This document shows, one piece after another, positions 12,501-24,600 of a stretch of DNA of 43,141 bases; the stretch's first letter is position 1; each line of letters starts with the position of its first letter. The notes under the pieces were generated by a model, which was not told the DNA's origin, made no database searches, and saw only the letters and a program-made list of their open reading frames with translations. The DNA is taken from contig FLMG01004729.1 in assembly GCA_900088475.1 (NCBI GenBank), forward strand, positions 1-43,141, written 5' to 3'. The DNA comes from Hyphochytrium catenoides. Taxonomy: Eukaryota > Protista > Hyphochytriomycota. Both the position numbers and the translations under genes were made by a program.

Positions 12501-15279
12501 GAAAGGAGCTTATTCTGAGTAGTGAATACCTAGAGATTGACTATAGCTCTATTCGAATACTGACTGGGAAAGAGGTTAGCCTTTACATTATTTGTCCTTC
12601 TAGCCTTCTTGTGTGTGCGAAGCAACAGTGCCTATCTTCAGCTCCACTCAGATTTTTTTGCTAGCGCATCCAAATCAGCCATTCCCCAACCTGCCCTTCT
12701 CCAGCCTGACGCTGCAGGAGCATTACTAACCCACTTCCATGAGCGTCGTGTATGGCCCAACTAACTTCGATACATCGTGCTTGCAGAATGAGCTTGGAAC
12801 GGGAAAATATGCAACTGTCTACAGGGGATTGTGGTATAACAAGGACTCAGTCTCGGAGGTGAGATTCAAGCTGACCAAGAACGAGACTCTCTACGTGTGC
12901 GGGCTTATATTTTCCAGCTGCAAGTAAAGCTGATATATCGTTGCACCTGTTATCTTAAGCCCTACATGTTGGCCACACTCGACCTACCTTCGGGAAAGAC
13001 TCTTTGCACTGCGTCGTGCAAGATGCTGAAAACTCTGACAAGCACAACGGTCTGTTGCTATGATCTCTTGTAGGTAGCAATTAAGAAGCTGCGCTACAAT
13101 AACCTCACGGATTCTGTGCTGGAAAGCTATCGAGTGGTAAGTACTCCCCGATCGCTTGTATTCCCCTCATTGCCTACACGGGTCATCGATCCAATGCTAC
13201 TTTCAATGCTAAAGTGCCCTCTTAAAACTAGGTTGCCCTCACCTCTAAACATACGATGACTTATTACCTCTACTTACAAATAGGAGGTAGAGATGCTTTC
13301 TCGCCTAAAGCACCCAAATATCATGCTCTTTATCGGTGCTTGTACGAAGCCACGATTGCTGATACTTACGGAGTATTGTTCACACGGAAGGTACTGAGTG
13401 CGATGCAGTAATGAGTGTTTCTAACTGATCGCATTTTGCAAACTTGGCTCGCACTCTGTTGTCCCTGTTTTGTTGTTATTTTTGAAGAACCATTACTTGC
13501 GCCAGAAGCTTCATTGTATGCTTTGCGGTGAACGTCTAGCTCTCCCTGATAATCATGATCCTACTGATTGGCATCTATCCTTTTGTAGCCTTTACAAGGT
13601 GATACAAGACAGGGACGTCTTCTCACAAATCCCATTCATGGTATGTTGGGACGGCGCTTCTCTCAAAATCTTAGAATGTCATCTACGACAGAGAAAAGCT
13701 GCTTAGAAAAGACAAGTGGGTGCGCTAGAGTAACTTTGGGTCGACTGCGAGAAGACTTATGGTAGCTTCACACTTAACCTACTTTTCTACGACTACATTC
13801 AGTATAAACTTCGCATGATGCTGGACGGTGCGAGAGGCATGGAGTACCTTCATTCTGTCAGGGTCATGCATCGAGACATTAAGGTTTGTTATCCAAATTT
13901 GACTTTATATCTGGGTGCCAGTTGGGGGAGGGTGATTGGCTCTTCAAACCCAGACATGCCTAGGACTAACGCCGCACTGAACCGTCCCCCATCGTGTGAT
14001 AGAGCCATAATCTTCTTGTCGATGATGACTGGAGAGTGAAGGTGGCCGACTTCGGTATAAGCAAGGTGATGGCGGCCGAGGAGAGGGCTCATACTCAAGT
14101 TGGGACCACCGGCTGGTAAGGGGGCGCACCGCTCCTAGTCAATCCTATCCTATGTACCTGCCTCTTGCGGCTTTGAACTGACATGAGCTCGCATTAGTAT
14201 CCTTCGGTTCGCCACACCCGCTCGTACTCTGAGACGTCCCTTGTCTAAAAGCTCTCTTACTCGTTACCATTCTTGGAAGGAAGTGTTGATTTACGTCAGT
14301 CAATAACAGCAACCTCTCTATCAACGCCTTCCCCGTACACTAGGGTAGCACCAGAAGTTCTTCTTGATGAGGATGAGGGTTATACGTTTAAAGCTGATAT
14401 CTGGAGGTACAAATGATGGTTCCTGCTGCATTCGCATCGTTCCCCATGGTTTACTTCATGACTAGCGTTATGACTGGCAGTTTACCATTGGAGCCTATCT
14501 TGAACTTCGATGGTGCCGTTCATCTCTCATAACCCATTCTCATTGTCCTCTCTAACTAATCCACTTTATATTTCTGTGCGGTTGCGATCAATACTAATCA
14601 GTTTCGCCATTGTCATGTGGGAGATGGTGGCCGGCGACAATATCAACGAGTTCATTGGGATGGCCCCGGTCAAGTACTATAAACAGCTCATAGAGTTAGG
14701 CAAGAGGCCCCAAATTCCAGATGAGGTCAGTCTTATAAGTAAAGCCGCTCTTCTAGCAATGCTTGTCTACGCTTGTCCTTGGGCCCAATGAACCCGGAAC
14801 CCTAATCTTACGTTGAGCTTCTTTTTCTCGCTGTTGGGGATCGACTAGTCCTGTAGTATCTTATACCTAGTACGGTTATTGCCACACGTGTTGCCTTCCT
14901 GCCTCTAACGCGTGGCGTGCACTTGCAGGTTGATTCAATCTACCGGCAGCTTATTCTCGATTGCTGGCGTTCAGAGCCATGTGAACGGCCATCCTTCTCA
15001 TCTATTGTGCTTCGTCTGGAGAGATTGGGACAGGACTTGGGGCTGGATATCTCTTTGCCTCCAACTTGGCGAAGTGGTGTGCGAAAGACAGAAAGCGATG
15101 TTGACGCAGCCCTTTGGAGGCTCTCAGAGAACTTGAATGGTGTGGGTCCCCTAATCACCTCACACGCTGCTTCATTGGTTTCTCTCTCTCCGTCGTCTAG
15201 TCAGCCCCCCTTACCAGCCTCAAAAGCATCGCTGCCCGTTGAGAGGTACCTCACCTTTCCACCTCCACCGCCATCGTAG
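9519..15279 (+). CDS. Multidomain TKL-group (Raf/MLK-like) protein kinase with N-terminal tandem ADF-H domains, ubiquitin-like domain and WH2-like motif, ~915 aa, 21 exons
   Basis: Phase-consistent GT-AG exons: 9519-9737, 9813-10022, 10082-10137, 10269-10410, 10542-10610, 10673-10822, 11049-11144, 11252-11350, 11533-11698, 11922-12073, 12168-12311, 12356-12574, 12787-12858, 13074-13136, 13284-13390, 13589-13640, 13803-13883, 14003-14115, 14344-14406, 14602-14725, 14929-15279 (2748 nt, open throughout). Kinase motifs: [65 protein letters not shown]. The start codon and last exon are less certain. Confidence 0.85.
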
Positions 15280-16399
15280 CGGCAGGCATTATGGTCGCTT
15301 TACCAAACGGATACGACTTCTTCATGGGCTCGTAGCCCTTCCTACGGCTGATGGGGCTTCTTTTATTGCTACGGCAACACGTGGATACCTGTTACCCAAA
15401 TCAGGCCCTACTGCCTGCAGCTTATTATGGCGCCATCATCAGCTACTATAAATAGCTCAGCTTAACGAGCTCACTTGTCCAGCCGGGTATCGGTGACCGG
15501 AGGTACGCAAGGACGCAGTTCTACGAGAGGATAGGATTCAGCGACAGGCCCCAATCTCCTGAACACCTACGGTTTCCACGGACGCACTACTTATGACTCT
15601 AGCCTCGTTGGACTTCCAACCGACGTTTGCAAATCCCAAAGCTTTTGCATAACACCCTGCAGGGAAGGCCATTCAATAGTCCATGGCTCAATGCCTCTTG
15701 GACTTTATGAACGCTCCCCTGAGTGATTGTTTCGAAGTCGTTTTCAGCATATTCAGTCTACCCCATGTTATAGACTATGATAGGCACCTTGTACACCTCT
15801 TTTCCTTTGCTTGCTGAACCGTTGTAGGGTTAGAACCGAACACAGGGTAGAGATGGCCGTGAAACAGAGAAGCATGTAAATGTACCCTATCAGAGAAGTG
15901 ACTTTGACCACACTAAATAGAAGAAATGAAAGGCGTGCGCGAAGGGAAGGGTCAGGCAGCATACGGTCATCCGCCAGGTAGGGACTGCAGCCGACATAGG
16001 GACTGCAGCCGACAAGGGCAAGGGGGCCGGAAAATTTGGAGACCACCATATGTTTAGCCTCGAGGGTGTGTCAGCTGAGCAGAAGCAAAAAAATCGGATC
16101 GCACCATACCTCAGCGGGGAGAAGACGAAGACACTACAAGTTCCCGGGTGTGGATCTTGAAGGGAAAAAGCAGGGATTGGTTGAGTGCTCAGAGGCAGGA
16201 GCACAAGAAGGCGAGGTCACGACGTCCGTCTTAAGGAAGACCCATTCTAGAAAGGTACGATAGACATCTGATGCATGGGCATAATAGTAGCAGAGCCATA
16301 AAGCACAGAGTCGGGCATCTAGGGAGCTTTGACTGGTTGAGTGGATCTGCTTCCTGAATAGAAGGCAACTCCTTTACTGAGCTGACTGATGAGGAAGAT

Positions 16400-17450
16400 T
16401 ACTATGGACTTGTGAAGAGATGAGTCAGGAGAGAAATTGAAAAGATGAGCTCGTCAATGCCTTGATCTTTGTCTCGCTGTGGAGAAAGAGTGTAAAAGTC
16501 TATCGTACGCAGGGCATCCTTGCTGTCCACGGTAAGCTTGACACTTAGACCTCCTTCTCGCACCACTGATGAAGACCGGAGTCCCGCGAGACAGGAGTCA
16601 AGCGAGGACACTCAGTCATGAAGTGCTGCCTTGCGCAGCAGAGGTCTGATACTCTAGGCCATTTCTCGAAAAGATCAGCCGTCATCTCTTCGCTGCTCCA
16701 GAATGCGATTTGAAGTCGCCCAGACGTCACTTTGGAAGAATGCATTGCAGCCGCAGCTAAGATGATGTTGGCTGATCTCACGATCTCCCTGCTGCTGCCG
16801 AGAGCGTCGAACGAACCTTTCAACCACAGTTTGCTTATGCTTTCCTGCGGCCCCACAAAGGCAGAAAAGGGAAAGAACACATCCTTGTGTTAGCAAGCTT
16901 CTGAAGCAGGCCAATCCTCAGCCTGCCAGCCCTCAACAGCTAGCTAAGAATCTAGCTAAACGTATTCCGCTCTGTGCCAATGAATAGGATGTGTCAGTGG
17001 TCCCTTGCTCTGATATCTAGCCGCCATATCACCAAACCTCCTATTCTTGGAAGAGTGAGGAGAACGCCTTAAAATACGCCGCGCCTCTTGAAGTTGCTCC
17101 TCGTTATGCTTTTTGCTCGCTGCCGCAGCTTTTTTGCCCGCTCCGCGCCAGTGCCTGAGGCATCGTGCTCTCTGTCGGTCTGTCTTCTGTCGCGCTCCTC
17201 TCTGCATAATCTGGCACCACGTTATGTAGCTTCCCTGTCCCAGATGTTCTTTCTTAGGTTATAGGCGATATCGCTCGCTTCTGAGTAAGGCTAGGCTGTG
17301 AGTCGCCTTAGTTGTGGTCTTCTGCGCTGTCCACAGCTCACCTGCTGTGGGGTCTGGTCTTTCCTGCCCTGTGTAGCTGATGCCTATGCCTGCACCCAAT
17401 ACCTGAGAATGCTTCGACTTTCAAGGTAACTGTTCTGAACCGCCAACTTC
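16400..17450 (-). mobile_element. Possible highly decayed non-LTR retrotransposon (LINE ORF2) remnant
   Basis: Stop- and frameshift-riddled minus-strand frames, including DLCCARQHFMTECPRLTPVSR, which resembles the C-terminal C..H....CP.L...R zinc knuckle of LINE ORF2. No exon structure found. Confidence 0.3.
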
Positions 17451-17494
17451 CGTCTCGACGGGTTAATTTGGAGACTAGCTCCTAACCTTTGAGA

Positions 17495-20400
17495 ATGAGT
17501 GGATCCGGCCTCCCACTCAGGTGGAGGAGGAAGCATGAACAAGAGCAAGAGGAAGGTGATACCACCATCCCACAGAGACAAGGAGAAGAAGAGGGATGGG
17601 CGACCCTCATATGCCGGCAGCCCGATAACTTATCCCCTTCGTCCATCTCTTTCACACATGAGGGGATACCGATGATGGTTGACAAGAGTCTTCAGGACGC
17701 CGCTGAAGAGAAGGACTGGGACAGCAAAGACAGATCTTTGCATGGCAATGTAGAGAGGGAGGATGGCGAACACATGGAGCAGTCACTCCATCCGGCAGGG
17801 GAAGGAGATCCTAAGTCCTGGAACTTGACCTGGGCGGGCCTTTCATACTGGTGGAAGAACTGGAAAATTAGGGCAGTAATGGGCATATTTTGGCTCTTTT
17901 TCCTCCGTAAGCTGCCTTTCTGTCTTATCTTCTCGCTCTAGATAACTGCTCTGCACTATAGCTGTCTTGCAAAGCTCCTCGTTGGCTGGCCTATCATCGA
18001 TAAGCACTTTTCTTCCCTGCTTTCTTTTCTCTCCCTTACGCTTCTGTCTTTCAGTCTCTTTTGGGAAGTGAGTGTGCAATTATGTCGTACTCTCGCTGGA
18101 CATTTGACAGCATTCATTGTCCTTACACATGTGCAGTATTCATTTTGTGCTTGGCCGGTCCACGCTCTGTGCCCTCTCCTCTGTTTGTCCTTTTGTCGAC
18201 ACCCCTCTCCTCAGTTTCTCCCTCCCGATCTCCTCCCGCTACGGAGGCCCCTCACTGCCGCTGTCTCTCTCTTTTCTCACTCTGCCGTGTATTGCATAAC
18301 TGCGGTCGACTATCTATCGATTAGATGAGATTGTCAGGTATGCTTACCTACTTAGCCTCACTTGCTTCGCCACGTAACCTCATTGGTTAACCAAAGATTC
18401 CGTCTTTTACGCTCACCTATTTTGGTTTGGCTCCTCTGAGCACCTCGGATGTACCGAGCGCCTTTGCTTCTTTGACTACCCTGGGTGGTATTGATTCCAA
18501 GCATCTATGCTGTTGCTTCTGCTTCTTGAGTTTCTCAGATCGACTACCCCGGCGTTCTCGTACCTCTATCTATCCAAGCAATTCTAGCTGATTTTAACTC
18601 TTCCGCTTTCTCTCGCTTTGGCTTACCTTATCTTCATCCTGTGTCCAGCATCATTATCACTGTGGCCCTGGCCGTAATAACTATGAACCGCAGTGTGAGC
18701 CATTATGAGCTCAGCACCTCAGACATTTTCGATGGACTGCACAACAAGAGTCTTATCATCATAAACGATTCTTTTGTCCGCCTCAGAGAAAAGCTACTGA
18801 GAGAGATAAGGACCAATGTTAGTGACTATGTCATGGTGCCGACGTACCCAGCTTTCTCCCTCCGAGATGTAAGCAAACCATCCTTCATTTTTCCGTTGCC
18901 AAAGACGTCCATGGCGCCGAGCGATCCTATTCTGGTGTCTCGCTCAGTACAATGGTGGCTGTGCTCCTCTACACTCATTTGTGATATGCTCTTTCACCTC
19001 TCTATCATTTTTTGTTGCTCCTGCCGCATCGAAGAAGACCGCAATTCTGTGGCTGCTGTGGCTTCTTGGATATAGAGGCTTTATTCTATAACTCTCTATC
19101 AGACTTTGACTCCTTAATATTTCTTAACGGTGCAACCTAAGCTTCGATGTTTGCAATTTGGCGGCGATCGAGGCAAATAAACTCATTGGGTGGCCCTTAT
19201 TCCAAGAAGAACGATACTCTCACGGCGTGGTTGACGCGGCCCCTTCCTCAACATTTCAGGCTATGCTCAGTGGACTGGCCCCAGACGCTCTATTTACTGA
19301 CTACCGGGAGCTCACAGAGGAGAATATTGAGAAGTTCTCTCACCCATTCCTGCACTACATCAGATACAAGCTGCAAGAGTACGACAAGGTGCTCTCCTCT
19401 CTGGGCTTAGGGTTTGATAGAGGTAAATCGGTAGCGAGCAGTTACACTTCTGTCCTGCCTCTGTCTGCCGCCATATCGGCATCCCTTTTCAGGCAATGCA
19501 TGCAAAGTCAGGACCCTATTTGATTCTTCAGAGGCACATTGTGTCCCGAAGGAAGCATGCCCGGACACTTCCATACACTAATCATAGGACCTAATTTACG
19601 GTTGCAGATGGCACTATGTTTGGCATTGCATCCACTACCGAACATGACTTAGTGCCAGATGATGAGGAGCCGGAGTATCATATGTTGCTTCCCTTATACT
19701 CCGCCGACCCGGGTAAGATCCTGCTTGTCATTCTTCTCTCCTAACAGTAGGGCGCCCTACGTAACTTCTCCCTCTACTTGTCTTATTTTATCTATGGCTT
19801 AGACTCCTCCCGTACCTCTTTACCGCAGGCTCTCAAGACTACTGCAACGTGGTCCCAAATGCGTCACGGCAAGCGGTCAACTACCAGCCGCCCACGCGTC
19901 CTGGTTGCAAAACGCAAGCTTGGACGCTTTTAAGATGTGAAGTATGTTAAAATAGTTTTCTTATTTGCCCCTCCCCTTGCTTATGCATTCCCTCTTATTC
20001 TCTTACTCTCTGCTGGGCGTGCCATTATTTCTATTTCTTCGTTGTTGGCATAGTAGTAAAGAAGAACTCTGCGGCTCCTTATTCTAGCTGAAATCCACGG
20101 AGACGACGTGCGAGAGTGCGTCTTCAGCAGAAAGGACCCTAATCGACGGCTATAATGTTCACGACAGAGATTGGTGTAAGCGCATCCTAACCTTACGAAA
20201 TGCCGCTTTGTTGGTGAATCGAGTGGTTGGTGTTGCTATGGTCTATCGTATCTTGTTGGCATCTCGTGTTTTTGCCCTTCCAGCCTCTGATCAAACGATG
20301 AGGGCTTCCTACAGGTCTTTCGACAACTAGATAATTGGAAATTAGGTTCGTTTGCTCCCGCATAATCTAACGTATGCACCAAAATCCCTCACTCTCATTA

Positions 20401-23400
20401 GATATCCAAGTTCGCGAGCTGAATTCGCCGAACCCTTTACCTGCCGAGGGCGGTGCGCTCGGCGTTTATGGCGCCGCATTTTGGTCTCCAATCTACCGGT
20501 TGGCTGCAACGGGAGTCGTTGCCATTACGTTTTGCGTGCCCATACTCGACCCTGAGAGCAAACAGTTTATTGCTGTCACCAAAGCGGATCTTTACCTTCA
20601 AAACCTCTCCACGTACCTACGTGCTCAAAGCTATAATGGCTCGGGAGTCCTATTCGTTATTGAACGAACGAGTATCCCGAACCCCAGATTTCCTACCGTG
20701 AGGACTGAATCTGGCCGATTAGTCGCTTCCTCAGCCTTAGCTGAGCAAATAAATGGGTCCAAGACAAATGTATGACCCTATTCTTTTCAAGTGTCTTGCT
20801 CTGTTCCGAACCCAATACGAGCTTACAGTCTGGGCAACTGCCTTTCTTGCAGCAAAATTTGCTTCTGACACCGGTCAACGCGAGCGCAAATCCAATGGTG
20901 GCGTCTGCTGGCCAAGCACTACTTAAAGCTTACGGCAATAGCTGGAAGGTAAGTTGCGGTAGTAGTTTCATCAATAGTCAACCATGACTTTTTGCTCTGC
21001 TTCATCAACGCTGCCGTTTGACTGCAAACATACTTTCACTGTCTGTCACTCAGAATATACCGAGCTCTGGATCACTGGAGTACGTACACAATAAGGATCC
21101 TGCCCAAGATAACGGGCCCAATAAAAAACAGGATGAAGTCTCTCTATGGTGCGATTCAATGCGCAGCAAACGGCGAGAAGGAGACTCCAGAGAATGTCTA
21201 ACGCTTGACTGGACGGAGTGTGAGTTTGAAGAGATATCTCTTTGTTTAGGGCACTCAAGCCATCCGCGGGCCATGAATTATGTTGACTGTGAAGTGCACC
21301 ATATTGATGTCTTAGTGCCTCTTATTTGACTACCAGATAAAGCCTCTTTAGCCAGGCTCTTGCGCCAAGCAAGTGCTAGACCTTCGTTCGTTTCGTAGGA
21401 CCGTCCTCTCGGAAGCAAGTCTCACAAGGAAGGCTTCTAACACCCTCTTGGTTACTGGTGTAGTGCAACTAGCAGAAGGTCGGGCAAATGGGCTTGATTG
21501 GCTACTTCTCGTCGTTATTCCAGAGTCGGAGTTCTTGGAGACGACAAGAGAAGCTCTTACACAGGCAAAACAAGATTTTACGCAAGAGCGGATGGGTAAG
21601 AGTCATCTGAGACCGCCTGCAATGTCCACACTGCATCTCGCATTCCCTCAAAGCTGCTTCCGTGCCAAACGTCTTCGCAAAACAGGTTTTTCTGTTATGA
21701 ATGTCTTGGGTTCAGTAGTTAAAGGTGTCGACTGGCATATCACTGATTTCTCTTTGGTCATCTCCACGCCTCTCACTGTGCATATCTTCTCCTTTCAATC
21801 ATCTACCTCTTCTAGCTATCAACCTTTCAACCCAGCAAAAGTGGATTATATTCCCCTTTGTGGCACTGGGCTGGATTCTGATTAGCGGTGGCTTTGCCTT
21901 CTTCACTTCCTACGGTCTCGCTAAACCTATGAAGGCCCTTGCCAAGGATATGGCAAAGGTGGCCAAGCTGGATTTGAGGTGAGCGTTGAAGACACTATTA
22001 CTTCGGGTTCTTGGGTATCTGCTCATGGCTTTGCTAAGTGCGAAGTAGCTATTGTTGTGGATTCTTTTCCCAGCAAAATACCCTTGTACTCTGCGCAGCC
22101 TATAACCCAGTCTCTCTGCAAACCTTGGATTTCTGGTCTAAGGCCCTCATTCTGCCGTGTTTAGCGTCTCCAATGTATCAGTGTCATCGCGGATACGGGA
22201 AGTGTTTGATATCACAGATGCATACTCACAAATGCGGAGAGGTGTCCAGAGCTTTGCGAAGTTTGTGCCCCGAACAGTTGTACAGAGAATTGTTACGGGC
22301 GATAGAAAGGTGAGGGAAAGGATAAACACCACTTACAATAAGCCTCAGAGTCTCCTTCTTATCCGACCTCTTTATATCCGTCCGCACTCTGTTTTCTAGG
22401 CTTCCCGCTTGCACACTTATAAGCGTGAGGTAACAGTCCTCTTTAGTGGCATCACAAACTTTGCCACAGTTGCGGAAGACATGGAGCCAGCCCTTGTCGT
22501 AGACTTTCTGCGAGAATACTTCTCCTCAATGGCACGCATAGTGGAAGAGTCACACGGGATTGTTGGTAAGCTAAGCAACCTCTTTTTCTGCTCTACCGAG
22601 CTCTGCGCTGGACTACTGTAACGGAAAGAGATGACTTGCTATCTTATCACGCTTAGCGCCTTCTTAGATTTTTCTGTACGTGCTGACATGCCACCGTCAG
22701 TCTTGGAAAGGTTTCGCCATTTCTCCTGATATTTAGCCCAACTTTCTCTCGCTTTCTGTCCTCAGGTGACTTTATAGGTGACGGGATCATGGCCTTCTGG
22801 AACAGTCCGGATGACGTGGAGGATCATGCTGGGCGGGCCTGCGAATGTGCAATAGAAATGCAGCGGCAATTAGAGCAAATCAATAAGAGACGAACTACGT
22901 TGGGAAAGCAGCAGTTTGAGGGAGAGATTGGCATCAATACTGGGACGGTGCTTACTGGCAACATCGGGAGTCCAGAGAAGATGAAGGTAAGGCGCTTGGA
23001 ATGTTACGACTTGCTAATATATGATCTCTTCTCTTCTGTAGTAGCTGCGTTTCCGACTTCCTTCTTCATTGCCTGTGAAAACGTTTGAGAGCTGATCGCG
23101 GATGGGGCTTGCATGCTCTCGCTAGTTATCTTTCTTCTTTCTTATGCTTTCCCCTCTGTTTTTCTTTGCACGACTCCACGTTGCGACGAGATTTGGTCAT
23201 TGTGATGCAACGTCTCAAGCATTCCCCGCCTTTTGTCTGACTGTTTTGGTCTTTCGTCTTCTTCTTTCAGTTTGGCGTGGTTGGAGACTCTGGTAAGTCA
23301 AAATCAACAGCCGGAAGTGTTACGAAGTGGATCTCGTGGGCCTCTGCTCCTGTGAGGTCCCTCTACTCCTGACGGCCTAAATATTTCCCCCTATATGGGT

Positions 23401-24109
23401 TTCTACCTGTCTTGTAAGGGCTGAGTTCACACGGTCGTCTTATTCTTCGCCGTCTCTGCCAGTGAATCTTGCTAGTCGGGTGCAGCATTTGAATAAGCAG
23501 TACGGGACGCGACGCCTAGTTACCGCTGATACGGCACATAAGATTGCGGAAAAGGGATTTCTGTTCCGCCCAGTTGACAAAGTCACTGTGAGGGGTAGAG
23601 GAAGCTTTACCGAGGTACTTGAGGGAGGAAGAATACGGTCTTTGTTCCAACCACTTGATGTCTAACGTGCGCCTCTTGCGTGCTTCCTTCTTTCATTCCG
23701 CGGCTCTAAGGTGCTAGAGTTGATGGCGGCTAAAGAAGACGTTACTCCTGATCTAGAGGAGCTTTCTAGGCGAACCACACAGGCTTTCATGCTTTATCAG
23801 GCGCAGCAGGTAAAGCAAGTGGCAAAGGGCATGCGAAAAGCCACAATCTCATGGTAGTCGACGCCACTTGGGCCTCTAACTATTGTTCTCTTCCAGTACT
23901 CAGAAGCGTTAACTGTCCTTGAAGAGGCGCAGTTGTATTTTCCTCATGATGGGCCCTTAAAGCGCCTCAAAGCTCGTTGCACGCAAAAGCTAGAATCTAG
24001 TAAAATGCCAGGCCACGAGGACCACAGGAGACAAGAAGAAGGACTGCATGACCCTGAAACTTCGCTGATAGACTCGGCTGGCCAGAGCACTCCCTTAGAC
24101 TTCGACTAG
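17495..24109 (+). CDS. Receptor-type class III nucleotidyl cyclase: TM-dCache_1-TM-HAMP-cyclase-TPR-like tail, ~1016 aa, ~19 exons
   Basis: Exons 17495-17906, 18325-18337 (tentative), 18649-18868, 19260-19422, 19608-19712, 19829-19941, 20088-20175, 20402-20769, 20853-20948, 21054-21148, 21399-21595, 21816-21978, 22165-22309, 22400-22565, 22766-22986, 23271-23292, 23463-23614, 23711-23809, 23897-24109. Cache motifs YNVHDRDWY, WSPIY and GLDWLLLVVIPESEF; HAMP KPMKALAKDMAKVAKLD...SRIREV; S-helix SFAKFVP; cyclase motifs VTVLFSGITNF, FIGDGIMAFWN, GINTGTVLTGNIGS, GDSVNLASRVQ. Confidence 0.85.
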
Positions 24110-24600
24110 CTCTCTAAGGACAGGGAATGATTTTCTCTCGATAGAGTGCTATGAAACAGACAGGGAAGTGATCCCCGTTGCTGATTAAGTTCACTGAAGG
24201 CTTTGCAGCCCCCAAGTCTGCGATGTCTAGGAAGAGACAGGACGGAGATTGGAGTGAAGGGAAGAGAAGCGGAGACAAGGTGGTCCATTTCATGACCCTT
24301 CGGGCTGTGATGGCTTGCACTTATCTCTACACAGAAACTAGACATTCCCCTATTTCCCTAAGCAATTAAACAATTAGCTACAACTGGCATTACTTCTATA
24401 TGCTCTGTAGTTTGCCTGTGCACTCCTATCTGCAAGGCTGACGGACAAAGTGAACACGTAGAGCATCTAGACTCTCACCATCAAAAGTAAAAGCAAGAGA
24501 GAACAAAGGACACCAAAGTACATGCCATATCAGGAACAAGTAAGACGGTGAGGACTCCACCGACGATCAGGAGAACCTCATGTGAGCGCTAACAAACTTA

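Noticed and set aside
15245-15720. Extra 3' exon of the kinase through the donor GAGAG|GTACCT at ~15245
   Set aside because: Downstream frames are short with no motif; the read-through stop at 15279 is the simpler model.
15979-16016. 18-bp direct duplication AGGGACTGCAGCCGACA
   Set aside because: Only two copies; ordinary slippage duplication.
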